A stretch of 64,000 nt of DNA from Tilletiaria anomala UBC 951 (taxonomy: Eukaryota): NCBI RefSeq assembly GCF_000711695.1, contig NW_013547019.1:124001-188000 (forward strand). The letters are read 5' to 3'. Positions within the stretch are counted from its first letter, which is position 1, and each line of letters opens with the position of its first letter. The position numbers and the translations under genes are program-made. Under the pieces are notes generated by a model. It ran no database searches. It was not told the origin of the DNA and saw nothing but the letters and a program-made list of their open reading frames with translations. This document shows, piece by piece, positions 1-14,375 of this stretch.

Positions 1-3000
1 TCGGTCAGACAGGAGAATAGAGGTAGCAGATGGACACGTTCCGATTGCATGATGTTGCTGCTGAGATGACTGACAGAGACATAGCTTTCAATCGCTCCAG
101 GAGGAGATCGAAGGTCGAGGAGGCGTGAAAGCAGATAGTTGAGCTCCTCACTTCGGATTCGAGGAAGTGGCGAGGTTCCGTGGAGCAAAGAATCAGCTGC
201 GTAAGTTTGCAGTGTGGACTTGCAGCGGTCGAGCAGAAGAGGGAGCAGACGACTGCTGACTCGCTCACGTTGCGCGTCCACTGCGGTGTCGGAACGGTCA
301 GCACGGTCCTCCTTCACGAGCATAGCGGAGCATCCAGACCAGACTCACATTTGGAGCCTCGAGAGCATGCCAAGAAGAGCAAATCCAGAGTCCAGTACGC
401 TGTCAGCTCGCGCGGTGTCGGTTTAATTGGAACCGTAAGCCCAGCTGGCCTTTTCCATGTCCCAAGCTGCTTCGCTTTATGTCCTGAGGTCCCGCCATCA
501 CCGTCTGAGCGCAACCGACCGCCGGCTTCGTCCAGACCCAGGTGGTCACGGACGAAGAGCTCACTGGCCGTCACCAGCGCTTGTGCAAGTCGATCGATGA
601 TCGCATCGGGCGTTCTCTCCGTGCCTATGGCGTTGAGGACCGAGCGCTCGATGGTAGAGAGCAGGAGTAAATCAAACACCTGGTCCTCCTGCAGTTGGAC
701 GTAGTTCTGCGATGTGTCAGAAATAACCCGAGGTGATAGAGCAGCCTCCAAGAGCGCAACGATGTGCACCCAGCAGTCTGTGAAACCTTCCTGCGGAAGG
801 CTTTGGTTAGTATTTAGGCGTACGATCGCTAGACTCAAAATGCGACATGCGACCACAGTGACAATCTTCCACAGGGGTGGAAGTGTCCCATTGGAGCTCG
901 AAGATGGGCAACCGTATCGAAGCTGCATCGGAATAGCAAGCGCCTAACAATGCATAACGGGTCAGCTGGGTTGTAAGAAACCATGGATACACTCCTCGAC
1001 TCACAGCCAGCATTGCAGAAAGCGCACCGTCAGTGTACACTTCCACTTCTTGATGCCACTGCTCGTAGAGCCGCTGCATGTCCTGCAACGATGTCTTGCA
1101 AAGCGCGACAAACGTAAAGTTTGTTTCGTCATCATTGACAACTGCCAACGTGCTCAATTGCGCCAGTTCGGTCAAAACGAGCGCTCGCGAGCCCAGTACA
1201 GGTGTGATGGAGAGCATCAATTCACGTACAGCGGCTTGCAATGGCGTCAAAGCATCGACGTCTCGCGGCGCGTCTACAGCCGATGGGAATGTGAGAAGCG
1301 CTTTGAGACCATCAAATAGAGTACGAAGGCGCCCGACGTCGAATTCGTGAGCTGTACGCTTGTAGATGGCCGATGCAACGTTCACATTGCCGACCATGTT
1401 CTTCTGGGACAGATATGGCATGTTATCCACGCACCGTGCATCTGAGGTCAGGCCGACCCAATGCCTCCACGCAACGCCATGTGCTGCATGGTGTCTTGCT
1501 TCCGCTTGGTCGTTTTCGTAGGCCACCTCGGCATTCAATACGGTCACTTTGGCTTCAATTGCCGCTTGGGAAAGGTTGGTCGGTCCAGCGCGGAACGTCT
1601 CATCCAGCAGTTGCATCAGCTGTGCCCATATGCCGCCAAAGTCTGGGCATGAGATAATTTTCGTTGGGAGATATTCAGCAAAGACTTTGCCGAGACGTGC
1701 AATTGAGAGCGACCTCGAAACGACCCTTTGCTTCCATTCGCTCTGGGCCTCTCCCAGGATCTCTTTCCACTTGTCGTCCGCTTGATCAGCAGTGCCGGCA
1801 CGCTCTGCTGCTTCCTGGCCTTCCGCGAGAGCTTTCTGCAAAGGATATAAGTTCTTGAGTAAGGTGCTTTGCCAAAGCGTCGAGTCAAAAGACGAGCCGT
1901 ATTGCTCGAGTACACGGAAGAGGGCACTGATAGCGGCATTGCGGATGTCTGAGCGGGCGTCCAAGCACATGTCCGCAGTGCGCTGGAGCAAATGCATCCA
2001 GAGTTCGGTAGCTGAGTGGGCCTGCTCTTGCGAGCGGCGCATGACGTCAGCTGTGACGCCCCAAAGCCCCCCAACGGCGGTGAGGGAGACATTGACGTCC
2101 TCCGACTGCAGGGCGAAATCGGAAAAGTTGTCGATGCACGCCCTGAGCTGATCTTCAGAGAGGCACGTGAGCAGGTCGGAAGCGACAAGTTGAACAACGG
2201 CGAACGCAATCTTGATGAGCGGCACCGCACTACGTGGCGCTGTGCCGAGAGCCCCTTTTTTCACTTGCGCCTGGTCGCAAGCGGCTTTGCAGCACGCGAA
2301 GATCGAGTCCCAGCCATGCTGTAGAACGTGGCCGTAATTTTCAAGAACCTTCAGCATCGTTTCCATGGCCAGACGCCGGATCTCAAGGTCAAAGACGGAA
2401 GATCGGCGATGGTGCAGGATGGCTTGGCGCTCGATCGCTTCGAACACCTGCTGTTGGATGCGCATGCGCGCTTCTGCGTGCTGCTGCTTTGCGCACGCTG
2501 CCATGGCGTCGAGAGTGATACTATTGAGCGAGGCGGCCGCCTGCATGCGCACGTTCGGCTGCGCCTCTTCGTACTCCAGCACGGCAAAGATGTGCTGTAC
2601 GACTACACTCCAGCCAGCTCCTTGGGCGCCAATCGTCAGCCGCTCCGCATTGAGGGCCCAGGCGATGGCGATGTGCGTCAAAATGATACTGTTGCCCTTG
2701 GGATCCAGCAGGGCCGTCTTGCTCTGCGCCAGACGCAACGACGCATCTCGCGGTGCTTTTGATGCCTTGTCCTGCGGCGGCAGTCCGGCCACCTGCGCGC
2801 TAAGCTGGCAGGCACAGGCGAGGAACTGCGTCAAGGACGCCTGGTCGAGCGCAGCGGTATTCTGTACAATGTGCGAGATGTCGGCGAGCAGCTCATCAGG
2901 CGTCAGATCGACGAGTACCAGCGGAATTCCCGACTGCTGCTCGACGGGCGCAACGGCGAACGGCGACGCAGGCGGAGCAGGAGGAGGGGCCGCGGGGCGG

Positions 3001-5456
3001 AAGCCTGAGGCGGAGGATAACGATCTGCGCATCTTGTGCAGAACGTATTCAGCCTGGACGAGCGCGTTGAGCGCTGGATACCAGAACTCGTCGAGACTCC
3101 CGCTGAGATAATAGATGCAGTGGATCAGCGCTTTGAGGCTGGCCATGATCCGACGGGACAGGCCGACGCATGTAGCGCCGTTCGTTGAACCGGCCAATGT
3201 CTCTGCGCCGGGCATGGATAAAGAGGGCGGTGGGCCTGCGCCACTACCGGCAGCAGCGGCGGCGGCGGTGGTGGCGGACGTGGACGACCGACGCTGATCG
3301 AGCGCAGCCGCGACGATGCCGGCGGGCACAGCAAACTTGATGAGTGCATGGAGGAGCGCATCGCGTGGCTCGACAAGCGCAAAGACGCCAGCGACATTGG
3401 TCACGTTGCGCCACGCGGCGAGCGCCTCGGCGAAGACAGCGTCATCACACTTGGTGGAGAGGACAAACTCGAACGAGGCGAGCATCGCGGGCCAGATGGT
3501 CTGCACCACGCGCTTCGTCGCACGAATCGCCGCTTTGCTATGCCCATTGCTGTTGTCACTGTGCACCGCATCTGAAAAGGGAGAGGGCGACGACGGTGTA
3601 GACGATGGCATAGCGTCAATATCGAGCACGGGCGGGGCCCTGCTCGCCGTTTTGGGGCGCGAATTGACAAAGGCCGAGTATGCAGGCAGCACTTGGTTCG
3701 TCACACAGGTTGCAACGTTGATAAGAGCATAAAGCGCCAGGACGTAAGTGTACGCCGGCGCGGCAGATGGCGCATCAGCTTTGTCGAGCTGGTCGATCAC
3801 TTGCACGTTGGGAATCGTGCCGATGGAGAGGGAGCTGGAACTCGAGCCGGATCCGGAGCCAGAGCCAAGAACGCCAGAGACGGCGCCAGCTGCAGCCTCG
3901 TAGAACGCTGCTGCACCCCCGGCTGCTGCTTTCTCCGAGCTGCGGCCCGCTGCGGTGGGCTCTACGGGTGCGGTGCCAAGCTGCTCCCGTACTATTCGCC
4001 GATCAATCAGCGACGAGTCCTCCGTGACGACGCGACGCAGCTCCTCAACCATCTTCGCGACGAGCCCGGCCGGCGGGCCGTCTATGCGGTCTCCGCCGCC
4101 GCCATCTTCCCCGCACTGCCCACTGCGCCGAATGTCGTCGCCATGCGCGTTGGGATCGTCGTATCGCGCCCAGAGGTGACGCAGCAGTTCGGCATCCGTC
4201 GTGAGGCTGCGTATGATTTCCAGTCCCAAGATTCGCTGCCAAGGAAGCGCTGCTGGCGCGCCGCTGCTGCTGCTGGTGCTATTGCTGCCGCCGGCCTCTG
4301 CAGTGCCGCCACTGGAGGAGCGGGGTAAGAGCCGAAGGAGGATGCTCATGAGCACTTCGGCCTCTACGTCCAGCTCAGGCGTGAACTTTTGCAGGAGCAG
4401 AAAGAGGAGGCGCATGAGTCGCACCTGTATGCTGAACGCGAGCCCACCCGCGGCGTGCTCGACGCCGTAGCTGCTGCTAAGCGCAGTGATGAGCAAAGGA
4501 CAGGTCATCTGCTTGAGCACCATCTGTAGTTCCGGGTGATGGGCTGACTGCGGCCGATGGGTGGCGGGGGCTGATGATCGGAACAGCGGTGCGTGGTTCA
4601 CAAAGACGGACTCGAGGAGCTCGAGGGAGAAGGTGATGCGTGGTGAGTGTGGGAGCGCGAGAAAGGTGGCCTTGTGCGGCTCGCCGGTGGCGAGGTGGTG
4701 CAGGTTGGAGAAGACGAGATATGCGTCCTTGGAGCAAGGGAATAGCGTCACGGGCTCTGTGTACCCGGGAAGCGGGAGCGTCATGGCGGAGAGCGGCGCG
4801 CTGGCCGCTGCATCTTCGCCGCCGCCTGCGATGGCGTCCAGGGTGCGGTCCTCGTCGACGACCTTGTCGCAGATAGTCATGACAGCCGAACGCAGCGTCG
4901 CAGCTGCTGTTGAGCTGACGACAGCGACCTTGGCGCTCTCCTGGTAGGCGAAACAGAGACGCAGCAGGTCAGCGAGCTGCTCGTCGTGAATTTGCGGGTA
5001 GGTCGACAGCAGCGCGGCGACGGTCTGGAGCAGCTTGAGTTGCACGTCGACGTCGCTTGCGCGCTGCGAGAGCGGAGTAAGGAGGTTGATGATAATGGGT
5101 AGCGAGGGCTGCAAGGAGGGGAAAAAGGGGGAAGCACCGGTCAGCGGGGAGATCTGCAGGTGCAAGATTGCGTCCGCACGCACCTCTGGCACTGCATTCA
5201 TCGAGATGACCCTCTGGAGAAGTGCAACGCCGAGGGGGAGTGCCTTGGGCATCTTTGTCTCGCACGCGAGCAGGATGGGCCGGAGCAGGATGTTGTCCAC
5301 AGCGGGGCCAGGATCGTTGGCGGCGAGGGTGAGCGCATGGTCCGAATCACGCTTGAGGACGGTGAGCGCGGCGTCGCAGGCCGCGCGGACGTCTGGGTGC
5401 TTGCGCTTCGTCTCGGACGCCAGAGCGGCAAGGTCGGAGACGAGGATGCGCGACAT
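1..5456 (-). CDS. MON2: Mon2/Ysl2 (Sec7-related Arf-GEF-like endosome/Golgi scaffold); multi-exon, 3' end runs off the window
   Basis: N-terminus ILVSDLAALASETKRKHPDVRAAC and DVQLKLLQT...VVSSTAAATLR match the Mon2 DCB/HUS region; LQSEDVNVSLTAVGGLW and DARSDIRNAAISALF match the HDS region. Downstream ORFs 314-928 and 5-304 continue as further exons. Confidence 0.9.
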
Positions 5457-6124
5457 GGTGTTCCAACACTGGTGCGACCGGCAGCGTTGTGCTGGGTGTT
5501 GCCTGGGCCGCTCGCACTTTCAGTTGCTTGCGTGCACGAGGTGAGCCGAGAACTCCAAGCGACTGAGTATGCAGAATGCAGCGTGCAGTGTGCCGTGCCG
5601 TGTACCTGAGGCGATGGTGATGGTGACGGGCGACTTGCTTGCGGACGGACTACCCGAGAGCGAGGACAGTAGTAGGGTTGCTGCCCATCACCGAACCAAC
5701 CCTACTTATCCATGGATGACCAGCCGGTGTGAAAGCCGTCCCAGCCGGTGGATGGGTTCGGATTCGCTCCACCTCCATTCCCTTGGTGTACAACTGGGAG
5801 AGCGGATCCGAGTATTCATAGCAGCAGAGTAGCGGCTGCTGACAGACACCTCTAGAGTCTAACCCGCGTTGGGCTGGGCTGGGCTGCGAGTGTGCATGGT
5901 AGTGTGTGCAGCTTGCTGGTATGCGAGCGACCAAATCTTGGACATTCATCAGACCCGAGCACACATCTCGCTAATCAGAGGCCCACAGGGAGCCGTCGTC
6001 CCATGCAGTGAGTGTGTGCTTGATCCGCCAGCAGCACTCGGTCGCCGCACTTTGTCCTCATCTTCATGGTCATTGGCAGTTGGACGTCGAGAATAACACA
6101 GTGCTGGAGCCACGCAAAGGAAGG

Positions 6125-8597
6125 ATGGCCTCCGCAACGCAAACCGCTGGCGACAGCGAGCAGCTCGCTGCTGCACACGGCAAAGACGACTCTGCGAGCA
6201 CCGCCCGGCGGCTCTCGTCGCAGACCTTACCGCAGACCGCACCTCCGGCCCTCGGCGCAACGCTGCATCGCCTCCCCAACAACCCCGCATTCGGTAGCGC
6301 CGCCTCTCTCTCCTCCTTCTCCTACCCTGTCAGCGCCGGCAGGGAACACGGCGAAAAGGCCGACCTGAAGCGCCCGCTGACCGACATTGAGATCCTTTCG
6401 TCCGTCCCGCCGCAGGTGCTGCATCTGTTGGCACTGCTCGCACCGGTCATTCACGCGCTCACCGTGCTCATCCGCCTCGGCAGCTGGACCGCCGGTCCGC
6501 ACACGTCCTCCGCCAGTATCCTCTTACTCATTGCCTGGTGGGCCGTGTGCACGTACGCCTACCCCGTCCTCCGCTACGCTCCCCAGGCGCTCCCGCTCGC
6601 AGCGATCGCGTGGTACTACCTCCGCCTGCATGTTGCGCCGTTGCGGCGTCGTGCGAACAAGGCCGGGAGCGAGCGCGGACAGGCAAGCATCAACGGTGTC
6701 GTCGGCGGCGACTCGGTCAGCTTCGCCTCCGCCACCCACGGAAGCCGCGAGCTCCGCGTGCACAACGCCGGTACGATCAGCGAGACGATCCGGCAGGTGG
6801 AAGAGCTGGCAGACTTCTTTGGGAGCGCATTCAACCTGCTCCTGCGTCCGATCAAGTCGCTGCTCGACTGGTCCGACCCGTCAGCCACGCTGGCGACCAT
6901 TTCGTTCCTGCTCGTGACGTACCCGTTTTACCTGCTCTGCTTCCTGCCGTGGGAGCAGCTTGGCCTGCCGCGCGCCCGTATCCTCGTCCTCCCCGGCAGC
7001 AGCATCTGGAGCCTGCTCGGCGCCGCGGTGGCGCGTGGGTGGTGCCTCGGCCGCATGCTGCTGCTGAACACCGAGTTGCTCGCGCGCGGTCTGCTCAGCC
7101 AGGACTCCACGGGTGCTGCGCTGCTCGCGCGCGCCGACGCCGCCGCGCTCCACGCACAGCAGCACTGGCATGCGCTCGCCACGCATCCGCTCTCGCAGCG
7201 CCTCGCCGAGCTGCTCCACATCGCCAGCTTGCACTCGCTCCGCATCGCGCAGTATGTCGCCGTTCGTTTCAGCAGCGGTTCCGCGTCATCGTCCGCGGCA
7301 CGCGCAGCATTCATCATCCCGCTCGCGCCGCCATACCCCTTCTTCTCGCTCACCATCTCCTCTGCCTTCTTCTGGCTCGGCACGCTCCTCCTCACCTGGT
7401 CTTCTCCCTGTGCCGCACTGCTGCGCCACGCGCTCTGGCGCTCCGCGCTCGTCCGCTTCCTTGCGCGCCGCGCGCTGCACGCGCTGACATTCGGCCACTG
7501 GGCGTACACTGATGAGCACGGCCGCGACCGGATGCGCTTCTACCACTTGCACGACATTCTCTTCGGCGCGGCGAGCGCGCGCACGCACGTCGCAACAGCA
7601 GCTGCCGCTGTTGTTGGCTCTGGCCCCGGTGGTGCGGCGGCGGCTGGAGAAGGCGGCCTGGAGCTCGACCCATTCCAGATTTCCACCAGTCCGCTGCCGA
7701 CACCGCAGTTGCGCACCGCCGAGTTGGCGACGACAGATGCGGTGGCAATGGCGGGAACGGCGGCGGCCGGTACCAACGGTGCGGAGAAGAAGATCGAGCG
7801 GCACGAGGATGTCGTATATCAGTTCTCCATCTTTGAGAATCAGAGATGGTGGGTCGGTCTCGACTGGACGGCTGCGCTCTTACCACAGGAGCGACCGAGC
7901 TGGTGAGTCGGCCGGGCATGGGCCTTTCATGGTTCCCCGATGGTCACTCTTTCTGACGCTCCTCGCTTCACCTCTTTCCATTTCCGCCTTTGCGCCTGCG
8001 CACAACAGGGCAGACGAGCAGAACAACCCCGTCTCACCTCCTCCATCCTTCTCTTTACCGCCTGCGAAACTAACGCTGACGCCGACGCCGACAACGGCGA
8101 ATCCGCGCGCGCACACACGGCGCCTCGTCAAGTGGCAGTGGATCGACCCAGAGTGGACCGTCGCTGGCGCAGGGTTCATCACCGCTGCCGAGGGTATCGC
8201 GTCTCCCAACAGTGCCTCGCTGTCCGCCAGCCTCACGTCCAACTGGAGCGAGAGTCTCCGCGGGCGCTTTGGCAGGTCTGGCGGCGCCGGCCCCGCAGGC
8301 AGCCCGCCCACATCCCCGACCAAGGCGGCCAACGCTGGCAGCAGCGCCCAGACGCTCGATGCGCTGTCCACCTTCACCGGCAGCGCGGGTGAAGACGGTA
8401 GCGGTGCGGATACGCTGAACGTCGATCCTGATGGATGGCAGTACGGTGACAATGCATGGGACAAGATGAGCAAGAAGGCTGGACTTGGCAGATACACGCG
8501 TCGCAGGAGGTGGGTGCGTAGGGCCGCGCTCGTCGAGGTCGTCGAGAGGGGCTACACGCCCAAGGATGAGGAAGGGGCGACAGCGGCGAAAAAGTAG
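6125..8597 (+). CDS. Pex24/Pex23-family integral peroxisomal/ER membrane peroxin with C-terminal dysferlin (DysF) domain; one intron at about 7903-8008
   Basis: Hydrophobic N-terminal segments; FENQRWWVGLDWTAALLPQERPSW, WQWIDPEW and DGWQYGDNAW...YTRRRRWVRRA are DysF motifs; GTGAGT donor at about 7903. Confidence 0.85.
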
Positions 8598-8708
8598 CAG
8601 AACACCATAGGAGAATCATGATAGCAAATTACAATGGCACAGTCTTCGCGTTCATGGACGCTTCGTCGACGGCTTCGCCGATGCCGAACAGATTCAAGGC
8701 ACATCGCA

Positions 8709-11700
8709 TCACCGCTTGCTCTTTCCCTTTCCCTGCAAAATAAATGGTTCAGCGACAAACTCGAAAAAAGCCACGCCAAAGCAGCTGTGCTTACCTTTCG
8801 CTTGTCATTCTTACGCCGAGAACTCGCTCCTCTTCCCGCAGTAAATGTAGAACCTGTCGGTGCAGACGAGTCCAGCGTCCCTTGCGATGAGTGGCCAGGG
8901 TGATCGCCAACGGATCCGCTGTTGCTGGCGTCTTGCACCGAGTGCGGTTGGCCTTTGATTAGGCTGCTGATTCGCTTCCTGAAGGAGCGCGTAGATATGC
9001 TTGATTGGATGTCCACGCTCGTGTTGCCTCTCTCCAGATCCACCTCGGCGCCAGAAGGCGCTGGCTGGCCATCGACGAACTGGCTGTTTGGGTGCTTCTT
9101 TCCCGCAGCTTCTTCTAAAGTCCGTGGGAAGGCGACAGAATCGGCTGAAGAACCTTTTGACTGACCAACAGGCGCTGGTGCTGGAGATGTTACTGCCTTG
9201 ATGGTGTCTTCCTTCAAATCTTCGCTACGTCTTCCCCTGCTTACGGGACCGTCATTTCTTGCGGAAGTCCCCTTCGGAGCGGGAAAATCGTTTGACACGT
9301 CATTTACTTGTGCAGGGGGCACCGTACCGCTAGCCAAGTCCATCGGCGGGGACAGTGATTTTAAGACTTTGGACCGGCTCGATGCTGCTTGGGCTTCCTG
9401 CACGGCGGCTGCCGCGAAGGGCGACTTCGGAGACGTCGGGTTACTTGTCAACGGTTCAAGCTCTGCCTCTGCCTTGACTTGGGCAGCGGCAGCCGCCGCT
9501 GCCTCTGCTTCTTTCTGAGTCTGCACTTGCTTCAACCAAAGCTGCCGATACGTGCCTTCTTCTTTGACGATGAGCTCCTCGTGCGTTCCACTTTCCACGA
9601 GGCGGCCGTTCGAGATGACATTGATGACATCCGAGTTGATGATGGTAGAGAGTCGGTGCGCGATCGTCAAGCTCGTGCGGCCTTGCAAGAGAGTTTTCAA
9701 CGCTTCTTGTAGCGACCGTTCTGTTGCTGAGTCTAGAGAAGAAGATGCCTCGTCGAGCAGGAGTAGCGGTCTGGCAGTAGGAAACATGCGCGAAGGCAAT
9801 TAACACCTGAATTGTTATTCAAATCATTAGCAACTCGATTCACTGAAACTCACGATCCTCTCAAAAATGCGCGTGCGATTGCCATGCGCTGCCGTTCACC
9901 ACCACTCAAGCGAACACCACGCTCCCCGACAACGGTGTTCATCCCATCTGGAAAGCTTTGAATCTTATCCCAGATCTGGGCAGCCTTTGCAGCTTGCTCG
10001 AGCTCTTCATCTGTGGCATCGACACGGCCATAAAGGATGTTGGTGCGAATGCTCGAGTTGAACAACGATGAATCTTGTGGAACGATGCCGATCGCCTTGC
10101 GCAGGCTCTTCTGCGTGACCTTGGAAATATCCTGACCGTCAATGTAGATCGTGCCGCTTTGAGGGGCGTAGAAGCGCAACAGCAAGCGAAGGATGGTCGA
10201 CTTTCCCGCGCCCGATTCGCCGACGACGGCGCAGGCGGACTTGGCGTCAAGCATCATGTTCAGCCCCCGGAGTGCTTGGACCTTGCCAGACTCGTACGCA
10301 AAGTGCACATCTCGGAACTCGATGACACCCTCTGTGACGACGAGTTCCTTTGCATCAGGTTCGTCCTTGATTTCTGCCTGTTCATCCAGGAGACCCATCA
10401 GCTTGTCCGTGTCAATGAAGTTTTGTTGTACAACTCGGTACAGTGTGCCGAGCATGTTGAGAGGACTGTAGACTTGCTGCAGGTACGTGATAAATACGAC
10501 GAATTGAGAAGGCGTTGTCTGGCCGCGCACGACCGATGACGCCACCATCAAAGTTGTGATGAGGGTTCCCACGCAAATGATGGTGTTCTGCGTCAAGTTC
10601 AGGACATTGAGACTGGCTTGCACCTGGTATGCCGCTTTCTGGTACTCGATCAGAGAGTCGCGGTACCGACCCGCCTCGAACTCCTCATTTCCAAAGCACT
10701 TGACGCTTTCCCAGTTTAGCAAAACGTCAGTGTGAAGCGCACGGGAGACGGAGTCGAGATTGTTCATCCGCCTGCGTAAGTCCGTCCGCCATGCGGTGAG
10801 CTTGACAGAAACCCAAACGTAGGCGTACATGATGATGAATAACGTCAGGCCGATCCGCCACGAGAATGCACGTGTCAAGTAGGTGATTGCAACGAGCAGG
10901 TCAATGAAGATTGGCACGAGCTGGAAGAACCTGCAGGCGAGCAAATCAGCAAGTTGTCAGAACAAATTGTACAGACGGCGGGACCGGAACGCCTTTCGTG
11001 ACGCACAAATACTCGAAAAGATTGTTGATCGCGGCGCCACGATCAAGAATGCGGAGAACCTCTCCAGTTTTCCTCTTCGTATGAAACGCCATCTGAACGT
11101 TTAAGACGTGAGGATCAGAATTTATGCTGCCCTTCCTGCCGCCTCAAGACCTACTCACCGACAAATTAAGCAGGTGCTCGAAGGCCATCATGCTCATCAT
11201 TCTATCGCTGTACTGCATGACCGGGATCCATGCCTGAGATTGCACAAAGCGGAGGAATCCGGATCCTCCCTGGAATAGCTTGAGCAGGGTGAAAAGCCCA
11301 ATGTGCCACCATGGGGCCACACCCATGCCCAAATCCTCGACGATCGCGCCGAGTGTAAGCGGCACAAGCAAATTGACGAAGCGTGCGATGAGCAGCACGA
11401 CTGCACAAAGCAAGGCAAGAGCTTGTAGACGAGGCGATTTTGACGGCCAGAGGTAGGGGAAGAGCTTGGTGACGCGCTGAATGAAGACACGAAGCGTCGG
11501 GGGTGGCGGCGTCGCGGCGACAGAGAGCCCGAGATCAGTTTGGCCAGCAGTGCGACCGTCATTGGGTTTGCTGCTACCGTTCTTGGTGCTGTCAGCAGAC
11601 GAAGCCGACGAAGATGGACCTGCTGCGCCATAGTTCGTTGTGAGCGCTGCGGAGCGTGGGTTCAGCAGCGAGTTTCTCTCGGACGGATCAACATTCTGCT

Positions 11701-12481
11701 GTCCAGATTGCTGGGATGCAATCTCGGTAGCGCGGACAAACTTGACCTGGTCCCAGCAGAGCGCGATGAAGAGCGCCGGGTAGAGCAGGATGAAGCGGCT
11801 GACTATGATGCATAGCTGGACGATCGTCCAGGCGTTCGTGTCTGGCAGCATGCGTCCTCCTCCTTTGATGACAAAGTACAGCACGAACACCGCAATATCG
11901 ACTGCCATGCCAAACAGGATCGACCATGCTGCTTTCCCTCGACCATAAGAGCCTTTCATGCCACGGGAGCGCTCCTCCAGCAACAACGCCAGCGCGATAC
12001 CCGCCCATGCGAGCGTTCCGCCAACGGCTTGGAGGTGCGAGCCTCGCCACAGGAGCAAGTCCGGTGTCCAGACATGCTGGTGACCCGGGTCAGAGTAATT
12101 GGGGAGAACGGCCCTGAGAACGATGAGAACTCCTGATGATAGATAAGTTGTTGCCAGTCCAAGGAGCGCATATTGCGTCAAGAGTCGTCTCCGTGAGCGA
12201 ACAGGAACTATCACTGGCGTGGGTTGCGGCGTTTCATCTTGATCGGCAAGTGCTGAGCCAGCTTCGGGAGCCTCCTCGTCATTGAAGGTGAGCTGAGCGT
12301 ACCGATCACGGCGAAAGGCTGAGCCGAAGAATCTACGACTAGGGCCGAGAACGACCGATAGCAAGAGTACGAGTAGGAGCACGGCAGGCTGGAGGACGCG
12401 CAGCCAATAAAGTGCCTCTACCAGAGAAGAGTGCTCGCCCAGCTCGCCGACCAGCACTGTCGTCCGCGGCGCCTCGACCAT
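8709..12481 (-). CDS. HMT1: ABCB half-transporter, Hmt1/ABCB6-like heavy-metal tolerance protein; multi-exon
   Basis: N-terminal TM extension, LFPYLWP, Walker A GESGAGKST, signature LSGGERQR, Walker B LLLDEASSSLDS, IAHRLSTI. The last micro-exon GKGKSKR* follows an intron starting GTAAGC at about 8794. Confidence 0.88.
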
Positions 12482-12875
12482 GGCCGAAAGAATAGGCTGG
12501 TACACAGTACTTTGCCCTAAGTGCTTACTGAACTTCTGCTTGTGAGAACCTCCAGTCACCACCTTATGAGCGCATGCGTCTGTACACTATGTCTGCCGGA
12601 AGTGCCTTTACAGTACTGCGTCCATGAATGGGATCAATTCGTGCAGCGTGATGCACCATCGGGAGCACACATGCTAACATGCGATATCAATGAGTGTGGC
12701 GACGCGATGGATGTTTTGGAGGACAACTCGGTGCCTCCGAAACTGGTTGCATCACAGACTCGCAGGCCACTCTCTCTTCGCTCGCACGTCTCGATCTCTC
12801 GTGCTCACCTTCAAGAGCGGGTATGTCCATACGAGCCTCTACATTGTGTTTGAGCAAACGAATTTGAGTTGCAGA

Positions 12876-13991
12876 ATGTCTACCCCTGCTGCACTCAGGA
12901 GGTGCTGTTGCTTCTCCAGCTTGAGAACCGGTCGTACAGGCTTTGTACCCACGTCTGTCTTCTCGGCTTCTGACCTTCCTGGTCAACTGTCGTATGCGAT
13001 AAGGTCAAGACCACGTGCTCTTCAGCATCGCGTCTTTTCACAATCATGTGCTGCCCTTGATCGAGGCACTGTCACCAGCAAGGTGTCTGACGATGTGACC
13101 GCCAAACTCAAGGATTCGGCCACGAGTCAGGCAGAACGAAGCATGCGGCGGTTTTGGAAAGAAGTCACAGTCGCTCGAAACAAAGGCAACAACGCGCAAG
13201 AACAAGATGAGCCCCTGGTGGTACAACTTGACTCACGCTCGTTGAAGACCCCTGCCGGCTCGCTGTTGAAAATCCCTGTGGACAGGCCCCTGCTTGCAGC
13301 CCTGATCGCTCAGGAGTGGGACGAACAGGATCGCGTGCTAAGGCCGCATGCCCTTCCATTGGTGAGCCTAGTGGCTAAACTGTCCTTGGGGCCTCAAGCA
13401 CATGTTGAAATACCTCGGGCACGCTGCTTATATTCTGTCCTTCAGACCTCGCTCGCTGCACGCGCGTTAGATGGCATGGCCAGCCCCTCACAGCGTGAAG
13501 CGGTTTGCAAAGACCTTCTACGCTACCTCGAAACAGACACCATCTGTTTCCACGAATCAAAGCCCCCCGTTCTTGTGCGCTTGCAGAAAGAGCACTGGGA
13601 ACCGATCCTGGCATGGGTCAAGGAACGGTTCGGCGTTGAAATCAAGCTTTACGATGGAATTACGATCTCAACTGCACAAGACTCGGCAACCAAGCAGCGG
13701 CTACTGGAGCATATCTCCACGCTCTCACCCCTCCAACTTGCCGCATTCGAACGAGCAGTCATGACGAGTAAATCCTTCCTCATCGCACTAGCGCTTGTCG
13801 AGGGCCGCCTGGACGTTGAGGGAGCAAGCAGGGCAGCCGAGGTGGAGGTTAGAAGCCAGATCGAACGATGGGGTGAGGTGGAAGATACACATGACGTCGA
13901 CCATCATGATGTTCGGAGAATGCTAGGAAGCGTCGCTGTCGTACTGGCACGTGATCAGGATCATGCTACGATTAAGCATGTTTGTAATTAG
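12876..13991 (+). CDS. ATP12: Mitochondrial F1-ATPase assembly chaperone Atp12; in-frame intron at about 13362-13445
   Basis: MRRFWKEV, VQLDSRSLKTP, LLRYLETDTICF, QIERWGEVEDTHDVD; Arg/Ser-rich presequence. Confidence 0.93.
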   Translation: MSTPAALRRCCCFSSLRTGRTGFVPTSVFSASDLPGQLSYAIRSRPRALQHRVFSQSCAALDRGTVTSKVSDDVTAKLKDSATSQAERSMRRFWKEVTVARNKGNNAQEQDEPLVVQLDSRSLKTPAGSLLKIPVDRPLLAALIAQEWDEQDRVLRPHALPLVSLVAKLSLGPQAHVEIPRARCLYSVLQTSLAARALDGMASPSQREAVCKDLLRYLETDTICFHESKPPVLVRLQKEHWEPILAWVKERFGVEIKLYDGITISTAQDSATKQRLLEHISTLSPLQLAAFERAVMTSKSFLIALALVEGRLDVEGASRAAEVEVRSQIERWGEVEDTHDVDHHDVRRMLGSVAVVLARDQDHATIKHVCN

Positions 13992-14375
13992 AGCTCGCCA
14001 CGTGCGCGAGCATAGGCACGCAGTCATTCATCAGCAATCCCTCAAAGCATAGCTGCTCCTCCATCCCTTCGTCATTAAGCTTCGTGTTACCCTCGCTTCG
14101 GATCTTCATCTTTCACCTCTTCCGCTCTCCATCTCAAATGTCGACTTGCCACGAGAATCCCCCTCAATATGGGCACAGGCGTAGAGGTAGCGCAGCAAAT
14201 GTAACAAACTTTTGTAATTTTTGAGGCACTAGAAGCAGAGATCGCATTGTTGCAGCTGAGTCTTACAAGCTCTGACAAAGAGCCAATGAAGCGAGCCCAA
14301 ATCACATGTCCTGCTAGTGCCATTAAGGTTGCACCGGTGTGCAGGGATGCTGAAGGAAGGTAGTATGCGAGACAC

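Noticed and set aside
180..8400. Many long antisense or alternate-frame ORFs over Mon2 and the peroxin
   Set aside because: These are expected shadow ORFs of GC-rich coding DNA, with no recognisable motifs.
8552..8709. Coding overlap between the ABC transporter ORF and the peroxin
   Set aside because: The ORF extension is intron read-through; the spliced transporter ends at 8709, leaving a gap of about 110 bp.
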